Of a stretch of 64,000 nucleotides of DNA, positions 37,641 through 51,090 are shown one piece after another (position 1 is the stretch's first letter; the number at the start of each line of letters is the position of its first letter). The position numbers and the translations under genes were made by a program. The notes under the pieces were generated by a model. It saw only the letters and a list, made by a program, of their open reading frames with translations, was not told the DNA's origin and did no database searches. Source of the DNA: the human T2T-CHM13v2.0 reference genome, Homo sapiens; the NCBI RefSeq assembly GCF_009914755.1, contig NC_060927.1; one strand, given 5' to 3'.

Positions 37641-38254
37641 CCTCATTTAATGATCTGTGTGAAAGCACCTGGCCCCAAATTGGATCACTCCTTCTTTGAG
37701 TTGTGGTGGGTACTAGGGATCCCCTTGAATATGTAGCCACATGCTCATGCATACAGAAACCCAGGATTCCCCTTAAGGAGAAAATGCATGCATTTTTGTA
37801 GAGAGGGAGAGGGAGAGATTAGGAGGAGGAAATGGCTTTTTCCCAGACATAGAGGAAAATCTAGGCTGAGTGGGTAAGCTTTTATATTTTCTGCAGCTTA
37901 AAAAATGTAGAGTAATTAAAGCAAAACTGGTAGCAAAACTCCCAAGATAGATATTCCACGTTCTATCAGTGGCTCCCACTTCCCTCTCAGACTGAACAGC
38001 TTTGCATGTGTCTGGGAGCCTGAAAAAAGTCTATTGTTCTATTTGGGCCAATATAGCAGCAGAAATTCCCTACTGTCAGTGCTGGCATTCTACACTGGTA
38101 CTCCTGTAATCCTTTGCTCCTTATTTCTACTGTTCCCAGGTTATTTCTGCAAATGTGAGAGTCCTAGAAGAGAAGTTTTCCCTCTCTTGATCTAGTAAGC
38201 TGGTTAGTGGGGAAGAAAATGAATGGAGTACCACAGCACAATCTTGTTATGGAG

Positions 38255-39056
38255 GTTACCAAAATCCCTTGGCCTCATTATCAACTCTACTTTGTTCTCT
38301 TATCCCATATTTAATTTATCAGAAAACCCTATTGGCCCCACCTTCAACATACATCCAGAATACAGCCACCATCTAAGCCATCTTTGTTTTGCCTGGGTGG
38401 CAGCAGTAGCCTGCAAACGGATCCCTCTTCCTCAAAAGCACAAGTAGAGGGATGCTGTTATAATAAGAGATCATGTCATTCTTTTGTTCAAAATCTACCC
38501 ATGGCTCCCAGCTCACTCTTAGACAGGCCAAAGCCCTTACTGGGCACATTATACAAGGTGTAAGGCATGGCCTTTATTACTTCCCTGCTCTCATGCCTGG
38601 CTCCTCTCCTCCTAGCCCACTCTGCCCCAGCCCCACTGACCACCTTGCTGCTTCCACAACAGATTCCACCTGCTCCCACCTCAGGGTCCTTTTATTTGCA
38701 GTCCTTCCCTCCAGGAAGCTCTTACCCCAGATATCCTCACGGGTCTCTCCCTCACTTCCTTCAAGTCTTCATCCTATGTTGCTTTTACTATGCAACCTTC
38801 ACTGATGGCCATATTTAAATGCGGTAACACCCTTCTATGCTCTCCACTGTCTGTTCCAACATTTTTTTTTTGCACCATAGTACTCATCATCTTTCAAATT
38901 ATTATATACAAGTTACTTATTTGTTTATTTATTGGCCTTCTTCCTGTACAGAATGTAAGGTTTATGGGGCCAGAGATATTTTTCCTCTTTGGTTTATTGA
39001 CAGTGCCTGGCACATCCAATGTGCTCAAAAAATTTGTGTCAAATAAATGTATGAAT
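38255..39056 (+). mobile_element. L2 3' region
   Basis: ctcccacctcagggtcc...acagtgcctggcacat...tgctcaaaaaatttgtg. Confidence 0.9.
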
Positions 39057-39077
39057 TTCATCCATTTATCCAGGGCA

Positions 39078-39312
39078 TAATTTAGTATAGTGTTTAAGAA
39101 CCTGGGCCATGGAATCAGCCTGCCTCTCTCAAAATTTCTGCTCTACCACTAGATAGTTTTGGGACATTTACTTCACCTCCGTAAGCCTCAGTTTCCTCAT
39201 CTGCAAAATGGGTATACTCAAAGAACATGATTCATGGAGAAGATGCATACAGAATACTTAGCCTGGTGTCTGGCATTTACTGAACATTCAGTAGGTGTTA
39301 ACTGTTATTATA
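39078..39312 (+). mobile_element. MIR
   Basis: gcctcagtttcctcatctgcaaaatggg. Confidence 0.9.
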
Positions 39313-39399
39313 AGTGAAAAAAATTAGTATTCAAATTCTTCTTTTGCTTTCTTTGGAGGTACAATGTTTTCAGAAGAATAATATGTGGAAGAAGGGTAT

Positions 39400-39560
39400 T
39401 AGCATTAAACGAATACCTCAGCTCCTTTAATCCTCACAACTGTCTTATGAGATAGCGCTGTTTTCCTATTCAAAAATGAGGCCACTGAGTCTTAGCAAGG
39501 TTGAATGACATGCCCAAGGTCACATGCGGGCAGAGTTGGGATTCGCATCTAGATTTGTGT
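39400..39560 (-). mobile_element. MIR
   Basis: tttaatcctcacaac...tgcccaaggtcaca. Confidence 0.85.
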
Positions 39561-39609
39561 CATCCTAGTATTGGTCTTAGTCTTGCCACTGTAACACCCG
39601 CCCCCTGTC

Positions 39610-39975
39610 TCCTTACTTTAGCAGTCACGACCTTGAGCATTTTCATTTTGACTGAACACGTCCGCTCTTTCATGGCTCTCAGTTTGCTTATGTTTATTCT
39701 GTTCGGGTCCTCTTTTCCCTTCATTTATGCTCTTTGAAATTCTACCTGTCTTTTCAATTCCTGCTCAAAGCCATCTCCTCCCTCAGCCCTCCAATTTAAC
39801 CCCTTTCTCTGCTATGCTGCAGACACACACTGCCTTCTACCCACGCATTAGTTATTCTGTACCATGTTTCTTCCACAGAAGATGGGGATCTCCTTGAGTC
39901 TGTGAACTGCACAAGGCTCCTCTTTGTGTCTCTACGGTGCATGGCACAGCATAGTGCAGTTACAACATAGGCAAA
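39610..39975 (+). mobile_element. L2 fragment
   Basis: Degenerate L2 3' motifs ending catggcacagcatag. Confidence 0.55.
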
Positions 39976-41069
39976 CCTGACTTCCAGGATCTTAACTGCG
40001 CCAGCTTGTAATGCCACCATCATATTTCCTGCTTTAAACAGTCAGCAGATGCAAGTAAGCCTGCCAGTCAATGCATTTGTCAAAACAGGCTGAGGTGTTC
40101 TACCTAGTGGCCGGAGGTAAAGCATATTGGTCTAGTGGCCATGTGAATAGGTGGTGATGCTATATCAATATCTTCAAGGAAAGACATTCGGGTATTAATT
40201 GTGAGTCATAGAGTAATGCTGATCAAGAAAGAGATAGATAAACTGATACAGGGCTCTAAACACAAGAGTCGTACATACAGTATGGCACACAATGGTACAT
40301 TAGGATTGTTTTAAAGGTGATTTTATTATATGCAATTTATGTCTGACCCTGGCACACAATAGGCATTTGATAAACGTTTACTAAGTTGTGGAGTTGATTT
40401 GAATTAAAATAAACCAATACTGTATGACTTCGAAATTGAGGGGATACCACATACCAGAAAAAGAAAATTGCTTTATTGCCCTTACATAGTTGCCTACAAT
40501 TTGGTGTATATATAGAAATGTATCTTGAATGCTAAAGATAGCACAAGTAATTGAAGGTGGACTGAAGGGTGACAAGTGACTTGATTAGAAAGGAAATTTC
40601 ATCTTGTCACTTATTACCTGGAATCCAAATTTATGCAAGATCAGCCAGAAGGCAATTTTCATTTTATCCAGGATAAACCAGAGCTTAAGCTCCCAAAGCC
40701 TGTCATCTTGAATGTCTCCAATAGTCACTCAAATTGTTGGTGCACTCTTGTTTAGCATGTTTATTACAATTGTCATGCTGTCTTGATTTTTCTAAAATTA
40801 CAATCTCATTATTACAGGATTTTCTGTTGAATTACACTTCATAAAAAAGACTTTGATTACTGAGTTACAAAGACAATTGTATCTTCTTGTAAAGCATACA
40901 GTCTTGGTGGTCCTACCCCATGAACTGGCTGTCCCAGGACGGTTTTAAGGTGAGGCATTAGTCGTGTATTGATTTTCTTCAATCTTCAGTTGAATATTTG
41001 TAGTAATTGCTGTTTCAGCAATGGTGAACCACATAGCATTGTCAGAACCTGACTCATTCTGTTTCATGA

Positions 41070-41572
41070 TGGTTAGTCTCTGTTGGCCCTCCAAATACGT
41101 CTCTACCCTCACTACTTACCTTTGTGCCCTGGGAGGCTGATCTCTGTGGACTTAAACATCTAAGGTCCCTTGGTTCTTGGCTTCTGGCTGGGTTTCACTA
41201 ATTAAGGGGCACTGAGGGAGGATGAAAAACAAGAGGAGAGTGAGTTTGGGGTCTTTGTTACCCTGGCTCATACTTTGCTAGAACATGATCCAGTTGTGGT
41301 TTCTTGTTAAAGCCACAGGTACTTTTGAGCATCTCTCTTACAACTATAGAAACCCTCTCCAAGTTCCAGAAACTCCTCCCTCTTTTTGTGCCTTCATGAC
41401 TAGATGTGGTAAAGGGATAGTCACAAACTCATTTTGGTTTGAATCACGAATCATTTAAATCATGAATTCTGCTCACAACTTTGTAGTCCCTCATTATACT
41501 CTCCCCAATACCCTCACCTAAGTGTTTCCTAGTAATTCTGTTTCACAAATGCTCCAAGATCTGACTATGACA
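41070..41572 (+). mobile_element. Old ERVL-class LTR (LTR41-like)
   Basis: tgtgccctgggaggctgatctctgtggact...ggcttctggctgggttt...gaggagagtgag; subfamily uncertain. Confidence 0.6.
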
Positions 41573-41639
41573 TTAAAATAACAATAAAACACCTTCTGTT
41601 TATACAGCTTTTGCCGTTCCTTTTCTCCTCAAAACAACC

Positions 41640-41882
41640 CATGCTCTTCTCTGGCTACTTTATCCATAGTAGGGACCCTGCCATGATCTTCCACTATTTC
41701 ATCCTGTTTATTTTCCTTATAACACTTATTAAAGTCTAGAGGTATATTGTTCATTTGTTGTTTATCTGTTTATAGTATTTTTCTTCCTCCAGAATGCAAG
41801 CTCTGTTTGAGTAGGGATCTTGTTTATTTTGTTAATCACTCTCTAGTAATTGATACATGGTAGAACTCAAATGAAGGAATGC
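41640..41882 (+). mobile_element. L2 3' end
   Basis: agaatgcaagctct...agggatcttgt. Confidence 0.7.
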
Positions 41883-44096
41883 ATTTCTATTTTGGGAAGC
41901 AGTGGGTATGGCAGAACTAGTCATCAATTCAGGCCTGCTCGGGAAACCTGGTACCCATGAGTTAAGCTTCGGTAGCCATGCACGTCCTGGGCTCAAACTC
42001 AGCTCTGGGCAGAATAAGACAGCAATACAGTGGGGCCCTCTGAATTCTAGATTTATCTTCAAGTATGTACCAGTCTATTCATTGTTAGATGTTACGTGTA
42101 AGTAGCAGTTCTGTTAGGCTGGAATGGCTGCAGCTGACTCTGGCATTTGGAGATAACAGTGAAGCTAGTGACCTTTAAACTCCAGGGGCTTAGAAAAGAG
42201 GTTTAAGAGATATCTTATTAGGAACTTGAAATATCATAGATACATGAAGTTTCAAAGAGAGAATCAGTTATAGCATTTGTGACCAGCATGGGAGCCCAGG
42301 GAACTCACTATCATGCCATTCCTTGATGGTTGAGTTAAATGACTATAATGAACTGTATGCTTCGAGGATGTTGAGGCTGAGTGGTATGTGATGGTTTTAC
42401 ACAGGAAGTAAATGGTGTCCATATTCTTGCCTGACATGGGATAATCTTTCAGCTGTGACAACTGCAGATTTATCTTTCCTAGCAAACAAACAACAACAAA
42501 GAAAACAATGTGGAGGTGACAGACCAAAAACAGAATATAGAAGTAGGGTGCCAGGGAGGGCTCAGAGAGATCCTGAAAACTGTCAAGTCATGCACATTGA
42601 AAGGGAAACCATTACTAGCTAATGGGAAAAAAGCAACTTGTAGAATGCATGAGAGGGAAGCAAGCTCATTTTTAATTTAGTTGATCAAGACGTTATTGTA
42701 GTTCAAGTGAACTTACAACACAAAGATTCATAATATCAATAGAAAAGCATATTGTGAAGCTCAGAATAAAGGAAATGAGGACTTGAGTCCCCAGAGTTTC
42801 TCAGAAACAAGATAATTTAAGTTCTTCCCTTAGTGTTCCCTTGAGAATCTGCCTAATCAGTCTAAAGGCTTTAGAAATGCGGCCCATTGTGTTTAGGCTC
42901 CTTTACTTAGGACTCTTACAGCTGAACCGTGTCTCTCAGTAAAAATGAGAAGCACTTAGCAGCATCTAATAGGGGGCCCTTTGTCTCTTCTGCACCACCT
43001 TCATCACCACCATAGATGAGATATTTACTGAGCCTTCCAGAGAAATGCCAGGTAAACTCTGAACCTAGTACATTAGAAACACTGAAAGCTTAGCGGGGCC
43101 CCAGGGAAGAGGTGAGGGTGCAGAGATAAAACTGAAAGTTATGGATGAAGATAGAAATTGGAATGAGACTACAAAGGGTATTCACTTTCCTAATAGGTTT
43201 TTATTTAAGAGCTTTTTTGGTGGTGGGGGGGATCATAGGCTCTGTGTTATTTTAACTTCTACTTCAAAATACATTCTTGCAAGTATTGGCTTGCATTTTC
43301 AGCTTGAAATAACTTAGCTTTCCAATTTCTCATCTAACTGCAATGGGTGGCACTGGTTAAATTATGACAAGGTACAGTAGCTTTCTAAAATGTTAGGAAG
43401 AATGGATTCTCCATCATTGGGTCTGTTTCAAAAATGACTCACCTACCACCTCTTTTTCTTTAATGGGGGAGAGAATAGAACATCTTAGAAATCTTCTGAA
43501 AATGAAGATGAATTGGCATTCTGTCCATCACAAAACATCATCTTGTGCTTTCCTAGGAATGGAGACCATTTAAATTCTTATTTCCTTTGGTTTGTGGAAG
43601 TTTATCAATTGCTTTGCTCAGCATGCAGTTTCATCACTTCCAATCTCAGAAAAGTGTCATACAGAGGTAATATTCAAAGACTGAGAATTCAATAAGGTTT
43701 CCACTCATCCCAAAACTCCCTCAAGTTAAATGGTTTAACTTTTATACTATCAACCAACTTGGCTGTGAGCACATCAGCAGCAAGGACGGCATTCTATTCA
43801 TCTTCAGTGTTGCTACTTAGATTCCATAAGTGGGTTGAATAAATGAAATATAAACCTCTATTTGATCCAATTAATCTAAACTATCATCTTTTAAACACTC
43901 GGGATTCATACCACACAATTTCCCCATTCTTTTCCTTGTTATTGAGGCTGATCTTAAACAGCATGAAATGAGATAAAATGTAACAATTATCTGATAAATT
44001 GAGTAAGAGAAGATGGCTAAAATAGATGAATATATTATACTCAAGAGATTGATATATATATATGAAATGTTTTCTATATAATAAAGTCAAAATCAA

Positions 44097-44402
44097 TTAT
44101 GTCCATACAAAGATTGTACAAGAATATTCACAGAAGCTTTACTAAGAATAGTTCCAAACTGGAAACAGTGCAAATGCCCATCAAAAGGAGAGTGAATAAG
44201 CACATTGTGTATATCCACACAATGGAATAGCACTAACTAATAAAAAAGAGCTAACTGTTGATATATACAACTAGTTGGATAAATATCAAAAATGTTATGT
44301 TACACAAAGGAAGGCAGCTACAAAAGGATACATACTGTATGGTTTCATTTAGCAGAGGTACAAGAACAGGTAAAACTAGTCCATGGTGATAGTAATCAGA
44401 AC
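44097..44402 (+). mobile_element. L1ME 3' fragment
   Basis: aaactggaaaca...aaatgcccatcaa...cacaatggaata...atactgtatggtttcattta. Confidence 0.88.
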
Positions 44403-44419
44403 CAAGCTTCCCTGTTGGC

Positions 44420-45006
44420 CTGAAGACACACCCCAACGAAGATTTGAGTACTTCCTGCTTCCATTGGGCCAGCTGAGGGATGGAAATGGAGCTTTTTCCT
44501 GTGGCCCCATTACCACCACTGGGTGGGAGAATGAGAGGTTGGCTTGTTTCCTTGGAGTGTAAGCATAGCTCTCTGGTTGACCCTGGTAACCCTGGGGTGG
44601 GGGTGAGGTTAGGCTTGGGGAGGGTGCAGTGGCTCTGTTGGTGTTTGGCTAGCGTAGGCTGTGCATTACCAGAAAGGTTTTCTGTTGTTAGTTTACTCTT
44701 TTCCTGGTCCTTTGGTTAGGAAAAATGGGCTTTTGTTGGAGCTTCTTTGTCTATGCTAGTTGGTGGTTCAGAGCAGAGGCTTCTGCAGCACCCTGTCCTA
44801 GATAGAAAAGAGGTAACAAAGAAGCCCAGGGACCTCACCACTGTGTCATTCCTCAATGCCCAAAGTTCGTAGGCTGTATTCCTTCTTCTCTCCATTTTTC
44901 AGAGCATTCCCTTGCTGTTTATTATGCTATGTCCAGGAATTTTTAGTTGTATGAGGGAAAACCTGAATAGAGTGGGACTACTCCATCTTCTCCACAACCG
45001 GAAGTC
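44420..45006 (-). mobile_element. Old L1M 5' end / 5' UTR fragment
   Basis: Ends tactccatctt...aaccggaagtc, the antisense of an L1M 5' terminus; gtccaggaatttttagttgta. Confidence 0.65.
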
Positions 45007-46188
45007 TTCTCCATTCTGTTTTCATATCAACATTGAATAACATAACCCAACGGAGAGCTGGCACATAGTAGGTGCTCAGTAAATGCTGGTTGATCTGGAA
45101 TCTAAGTCTTGGTCAGTTAGACCCATCTACACATTGTTGAAGGGTTGGAACTTGGTTATCTTCTTTGAATTTGCCATTTTCCATTGAAGCTCTTCTCTAC
45201 AGTAGAATTCTTCTCACAATTTTGAGCAGAAGTCTCTAGGCTAAGTATTGAATCCTAGTACCCAAATAGGCATGGCACCTCAGTTATTCTAGGGTTGGCC
45301 AAGTTTCTGGATTTCTGATCCTGGAATTTGTTTCTACCTTTTCTGACTTTTTAGAGCAATCGTTTATTTTCACTTGTTGCTGTTTTTTGTTGTTGTTGTT
45401 GTTTGAGTTTTCATAAACTTCATGCTTTGTTGCAACCAAGGAATAATAGAATTTGGATTTTCAAAACCCTTTGAGGTGTCTGAGTTAGAGGTCCTATAAA
45501 ACTGTAAATTGTCATAATTATTGCTATTATTTAGCTGCTAACCAAATAAAAGCAACAGTCTGGGTCTTCAAAAATTGTTTTTGTAATTTTTTTCTTGCGT
45601 AGAATGTTGCACTTTCAATAGGTCCTTTACAATTTCTAGAGGCTTCTGCTTTTAACATCAGTAATACTCTTCTACACATGTGTGACACGGATAACTCATA
45701 AGGTAAAACACATTCTGCCTCATTTTTACGTGCAGTGAAAAGAATAATTAAATTCTTCAGGGAAACCCCAGATGAGGGCTCTTGAGACTAACAAACCCCT
45801 GTTACCCTATGTTGAAAGCAGCAGTATACTCAGGGAAAAACAATAACCAATTTGTTTATGGATTCATTTTGAACTGTATTTTACTCATTTCATTGTATTT
45901 TATTTGAAAAATGCTTTTGTGAAATTGTAGAAAGCTATGTCTATTAGAGAATCCCTATCTATAGGTATTATTAGGCACAACAGATTCAATTAGAAAGTTT
46001 AAAAATGTTTACATAAGTAAGGACTGCCCACCTGGTCTAGCGACCCTCCAATGGCTTTGATATCTTCATGACTGTCACTGAAGAGAGAACTCCTGCTCCA
46101 TGGGCTCCTTGTTTATTCCTACCTCCCAGGCTCACCATTGTAATCTGACTTAGGAGGCCACCAAAGCCATTCCTGTGATGCTCTACAG

Positions 46189-46411
46189 CAGAGGTTGGCA
46201 AACAACAGTCCACAGGCCAGATTTGGCCCATGACCTGTGTTTGTAAGTAAAGTTTGATTGAAACATAGCCACATCCATTCATTTACATATTGTCTAAGGC
46301 TGCCTTCATGCCACAAAAGCACAGTTCAGTAGTGGCAGCAGAGTCCATACGGTCCACAAAACCACCATCTTTACTCTCTTTCCCTTTATAAATAAAGATT
46401 TTGGACCACTG
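46189..46411 (+). mobile_element. MER58A MITE
   Basis: cagaggttggcaaac...gaccactg; TSD ctctacag/ctctacat. Confidence 0.92.
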
Positions 46412-46528
46412 CTCTACATCTCACTGTCTCCTTTGCTGATTCTGCCCCATCTTCCTGATTTGTGAACACTACCATCTACTAGGGCTTAGTTCTTAGACAT
46501 TCGTCATCTCTTCATTGATTCCTTAGGT

Positions 46529-46708
46529 CAGGGGTTCTTAACCCCAGCTGCTCTGAAGAATCGGTTGGGATGCTTTTTTAAAATATCACTGCCTTGGTGT
46601 CACCCCCAGAAGTTTCGATTTAATTGGTCTGGCATAGGGCTCAGTCCTCAGTACTTTCTGAAAGTTTCCCAGGTGATTACAATGTACAGCCAGGATTCAG
46701 AACTATTA
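46529..46708. mobile_element. MER5B-type MITE
   Basis: caggggttcttaacc...cccaggtgattacaatgtacagccagg; TSD ccttaggt/ctgtaggt. Confidence 0.88.
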
Positions 46709-47376
46709 CTGTAGGTGATTTTTGTCTACTCTCAAGGCTTTCTATAAACTATATCTTAACAGCTTCCAGCTTATATCTCTAGTCCCCATTTCTCCCCTGA
46801 ATTTCATATTTGGGTCTCCAACCCCTTATTTGGCATTTCCACTTGAATTTGTAATTGGCATCTGAAACTTGACGTGTTTAAATCAGAACTCGCACACTGC
46901 TCCTCCCATGTCTCAGTAAACAGCATTCCATTCTTTCATTTGCTCAGGACAAAATTCTTAGTCATTCCGGACTCCTCCCTTTCTCTCATGTTCCATCTCT
47001 AATCCATTAGCAAATCCTGCTGTGCCTTCTAAATACATTAGCATCTCTCCTGCTATCACCTGGTCACAGCTAGGGTCATCTCTCACCCAAATTTTGCAAT
47101 GGTCTCCTATTGTCATAGTCTCCTTGTTTCTTCCTTGGCCCTCTGCAGTCTATTGTTAAAACAGAAGCTAGAATGACTCTGACAAAACAAGAGTCAGATA
47201 AAGTCACACAATATTACCCTATCAGGGACATTTGCTCTGACCACAAAATCTGAAGTTGCTGTCCTAACTCTTATTTCTTTCATTTTGCTTTATTTTTCCC
47301 CAAAGCACTTCCATGAGATATTCTTATTTGTTTATGATCTGTCTTCCCTTCACTGGAATGCATGCTGCAGTTAGAG

Positions 47377-47488
47377 CAGAGCTACCGTATTGTACAACCC
47401 TAGAGGGTGCACATAATAGTTTATGTGAATGTGCTCCTGAAAATTATTGTGCAGTGCACAGCCTGAGCAGCCATATGAGGTAAGCCTG
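47377..47488. mobile_element. MER91-type palindromic hAT MITE
   Basis: tgtgaatgtgctcctg...ttgtgcagtgcacagcctg. Confidence 0.72.
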
Positions 47489-47799
47489 CAATCAAGCAAA
47501 GGGCTTGGTTTATTCACTGCTGTGTTTCCAAAGCCTTGATCTGCGCCCAACACAAAGGAAGCTCTTTAAAATGATTATTGGAATATATACCACTTATATA
47601 ATAATTTTGCCTGCATGTATAATCATGAAAAAGATGCTTTGAGGTACTTTCAAGAATACTGTTTAGGATATAACATTCTCATTCATCTGAACTTTTCATA
47701 TAACTGACGAAAGTTTTTGTCCCTTTTTTATTTTTGATTTTTGTGTGTAAATAGTACCCCTCATTTAAAAAATTTTCCTGGTATCCTTATTTTTCTTTT

Positions 47800-48048
47800 C
47801 CTTTTTTTTCCCTTGGGACAACATGATATTTTCTGTAACTTATTAGAAGTGTAGCCCCTATCATTCTTTATCACCAAACTCTGCTTTTTTCAAAAAAAAA
47901 AAACAAACACGCACTTTTAACCTAGCATGATACAAGTATTCATTTTTTGTATCTCTCTCTTACTGGGCTGTGAACTGCATACATATGAGGATTTTTTTTG
48001 TTGTTCCTATCTTGGCCCATAGCAGGTGCTTGATAAGTATTCTTTGCA
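47800..48048 (+). mobile_element. L2 3' end
   Basis: tggcccatagcaggtgcttgataagtatt. Confidence 0.55.
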
Positions 48049-48110
48049 AGGAAGGGAGGAAGGGACGGACGGACAGACAGAGGGAGGGAGGAAAGAAGGC
48101 AGGCAGAGGG
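48049..48110. repeat. GGAA/GGAC/GGAG purine-rich simple repeat
   Basis: Seen directly. Confidence 0.85.
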
Positions 48111-50407
48111 ACATAGTACAACTCAGAGGGATGATAAAATCAGAAAAATTGGCAGTAAATGCACAGAAGCCTTGCTCATTTGTCAGCATGTCTGATCCAC
48201 ACAGACAGCCAGAGCAGGTTATCAGTAATATGGATTGATAGTCTTCATCAATTAAAATCCAAAGATTGTTTCCAAATGCTCATTTCTGGACAAAAAAAAA
48301 ATCTACATAAAATATGTGCCCATATGTACTCATTAAAATCATAAACATTTTATGGTTTTAGAAATAAAATCAATAGGGATAGTAGAATTTAAATAAAAAA
48401 TAATTTTAATAAATATTCACATGTGTAATCTAACTTGAATAATACAGGAAAAAAGTGAATACCATTAAATAATTAGAAACAATACCATATACAAATTATT
48501 TTAAAATTATTTTCACAAAAGAATGGAACATAGGCCCTTTACAGCAAATAAAACTCTAGAATCCTAGTTTTGGAAATCACATTTATTTTATTTATTTATT
48601 TATTTTTTGTTTATTTTTGTTAAGCATTGTATTTATATCAACTTACTATCATTTTCTTCTTCCTTTTTTTTTTTTTTGGTACTATGCTCCTTTTTTTTTC
48701 TTCTGCCTTGAAAATAAATATTCCTTGAATTAAAATACAAGAATGAACAGAAATGAATACTGTTCCAAAATCTGAAAACACATTTTTCCCCCATTACCAG
48801 TGGATCTTGATCTGCTCCAGAAATTCTTTATGATGATGGAGGGAAGAGCAAACAAATCGATAGGTAGGGACAGAAACATTGACTACAGTTGAATAGAAAC
48901 AGTTGTACTTTCTAAAATTCTTTCCAATGTCCTTATATTTCTTGAATTATGTATCATGTACGTCTTCATAAAATGTCACCAATGTCTCCTCCAGTCAGTC
49001 TGTAACTGCTATATCTGTGAAATTATTTGTCTTGAGCCACATAATTGCATATTGTGAGCAACTCATCTTTCAGAAGCTAGAGGAAAGAAACTCAATCTCA
49101 AAATTACACCTTTCTTATCTATAGATGAGGGGGAAATGTCTTATATATACTGTCACTTTTTCTCAGCAAAACCGCCATCTCTTTAAAAATCATGGTTTGA
49201 AAGCAGTAAATGCTGCAGAACAACAAGCTGTCAGAGGAAAGACAGGGGACATTTAAGACCTTGCATAACATTTGTAAAAATTCTCAGCGTCAAAGCAGAA
49301 ATCGTCATCTTGAGAAAGATTGCACTGAATTCAAATGACTGACTTTTACATAGCTAGAAGAGTATCTTTATCTTAAAGAAAAAACTTTCTTGGATAGAAA
49401 ATAATTCTGCTCAAGTTATGCCTTTTCTAGGTTCTTTGCTTTGACAACTTGTTAATAAAAAGCCTGGTAAACTGATGATATTTTAATTTCTTTTGATCTT
49501 AACTCCTTTAGTCAGCTGAAGCACAGTAAAGGCTAAACACCATTGGGAAATTGAGAGTGGCGGATGTAGTTTTCCTTGGAGAAAGAAAAATGTATATAAG
49601 TAAGGAGGAATAAGCTGACATGAATGGTTGCTTTTTCATTTGAACAATGAAGAAAAATGATTAGAATGGAGAGAATTCAAATGAGAAGAAAGTTGTTTCT
49701 TCTCAAACACATTTTCAACCTTTCATACGAACACATAATTAACTATTTTATCTTCCACTAAGCAAAGGAAAAATTAAAAATGAAGGAAAATAATACTAAA
49801 TCATGCTGAAATCATCCAGAAGTAAAATACTAAATAAATATATAAAGCAAATGGCTTGCACTTTAAAAGAACTGCGTAACTAAAACAAGACAAAGACATT
49901 TTCTTTTTCTTCTTTAACCAACCTGAGCTGGCAGCAAGATAAGCTGAGTTTAAAGTATTTAAAAAGATTGAAAATGATTCAATTTAGCTGTGTGATCTTT
50001 TTTACACAGGCATTAAAGAAAATAATATCATTTCTCATGACCAAGCTTTCTACCCTTGTGGTGTGTGTTTCATCTGAAAGTCTCTATACATATCGTTGTT
50101 ATCGGATTGGACAAAAACAAAGGAAGAAGAATATCTGCAAAGCTAATGTTGATGAGTAATTTAAATGATAACTAAGTTGCGAATGGCATTTCAATTTGTT
50201 TTGCCCATTTAATGACATAAGTAGAGATTAAGTCCAAAAATTTAATTACTTATTAAGTGGCAATAAAACATACCAGTGGTTTTTGTCCAGTTCTTTTCTT
50301 ATTTTAGACACACTTGTAAATTCTATATAAAAATGTATCCTCTTCCTCTCCACTCCCACGCACTCCTGCACACACACAAACTCATCTATGTATTTATGGT
50401 TTAGTAT

Positions 50408-50750
50408 AGGGTTTGCAAACTCATTGCCTTGAAGGACAAAGCAAGTAATAAAAAGGAAGAGAGAAAGCTCTGTATAAGACAATAGGGAGTAGTGAGGACT
50501 GTGGCAAACTTGGCTAAGCAGCTCACTGGAAAGGGTGGCCCCTAATGATCTCCAGCCAATTATTGACACATGAGAATATAACACAGTATTACCTTCTCAA
50601 AATCTTATTTTGTAAGAGGAGTTATGAATCCATGTGTATTACGAGATCTCCCTATGTTGGAATATTGTCAACTAATTCAACTAAATGAACTAACAAGCAA
50701 ACAGAATGACTTCCTCGCTAAAAGTTCTTGTCTGTGGGCTGTATTTAATC
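50408..50750 (+). mobile_element. MER102-type hAT-Charlie element
   Basis: agggtttgcaaactca...taagacaatagggagtagtgaggactgtggcaaact...ctccagccaattattg. Confidence 0.82.
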
Positions 50751-50889
50751 AGCTCCCTAGTAGGATGTTGCTTCTGGCTTGGCAACCACTGGCAGAAGGC
50801 TTAGGTTTCAATTTCTACTTTGCTTTTACTAGCTGGGGAGGACTTGGACAAGTCCTCATCTATAAGAAAAATACTTGCATCAGAGACAC

Positions 50890-51090
50890 AAACTGATTTG
50901 AAGTTTAATAGAGAGAATTTAGAGACCATCTTGTCCTACCTACTTATTTTAGAGATAAAGATACTTGAAGCCTGAGTAGCATCAAGTATTTGTCTAAGGT
51001 CCTAGGAGAAGCTGATATCAGAGCTGGCACTTGAAACAAAGTTTAGACTCCCAGTTCTCATGGTTACCCAGTGCCACTCTAACTGCTTCT
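50890..51090 (-). mobile_element. MIR/MIR3 fragment
   Basis: ttagagaccatct...attttagagataaag...tgtctaaggtcc. Confidence 0.6.

Larger units (their letters stand above)
46420..47560 (+). mobile_element. L2 3' region with nested MER5 and MER91
   Basis: ttccacttgaat...ggcatctgaaacttgac...atccattagcaaatcctg. Confidence 0.85.

Noticed and set aside
40104-40140. Two ctagtggcc copies resembling CTCF sites
   Set aside because: Both lack the rest of the core motif
47377-47488. Imperfect hairpin
   Set aside because: Explained by the intrinsic palindromy of MER91
48580-48700. T-rich tract as the poly(A) tail of a retrocopy
   Set aside because: No clear polyadenylation signal, TSD or recognisable mRNA body
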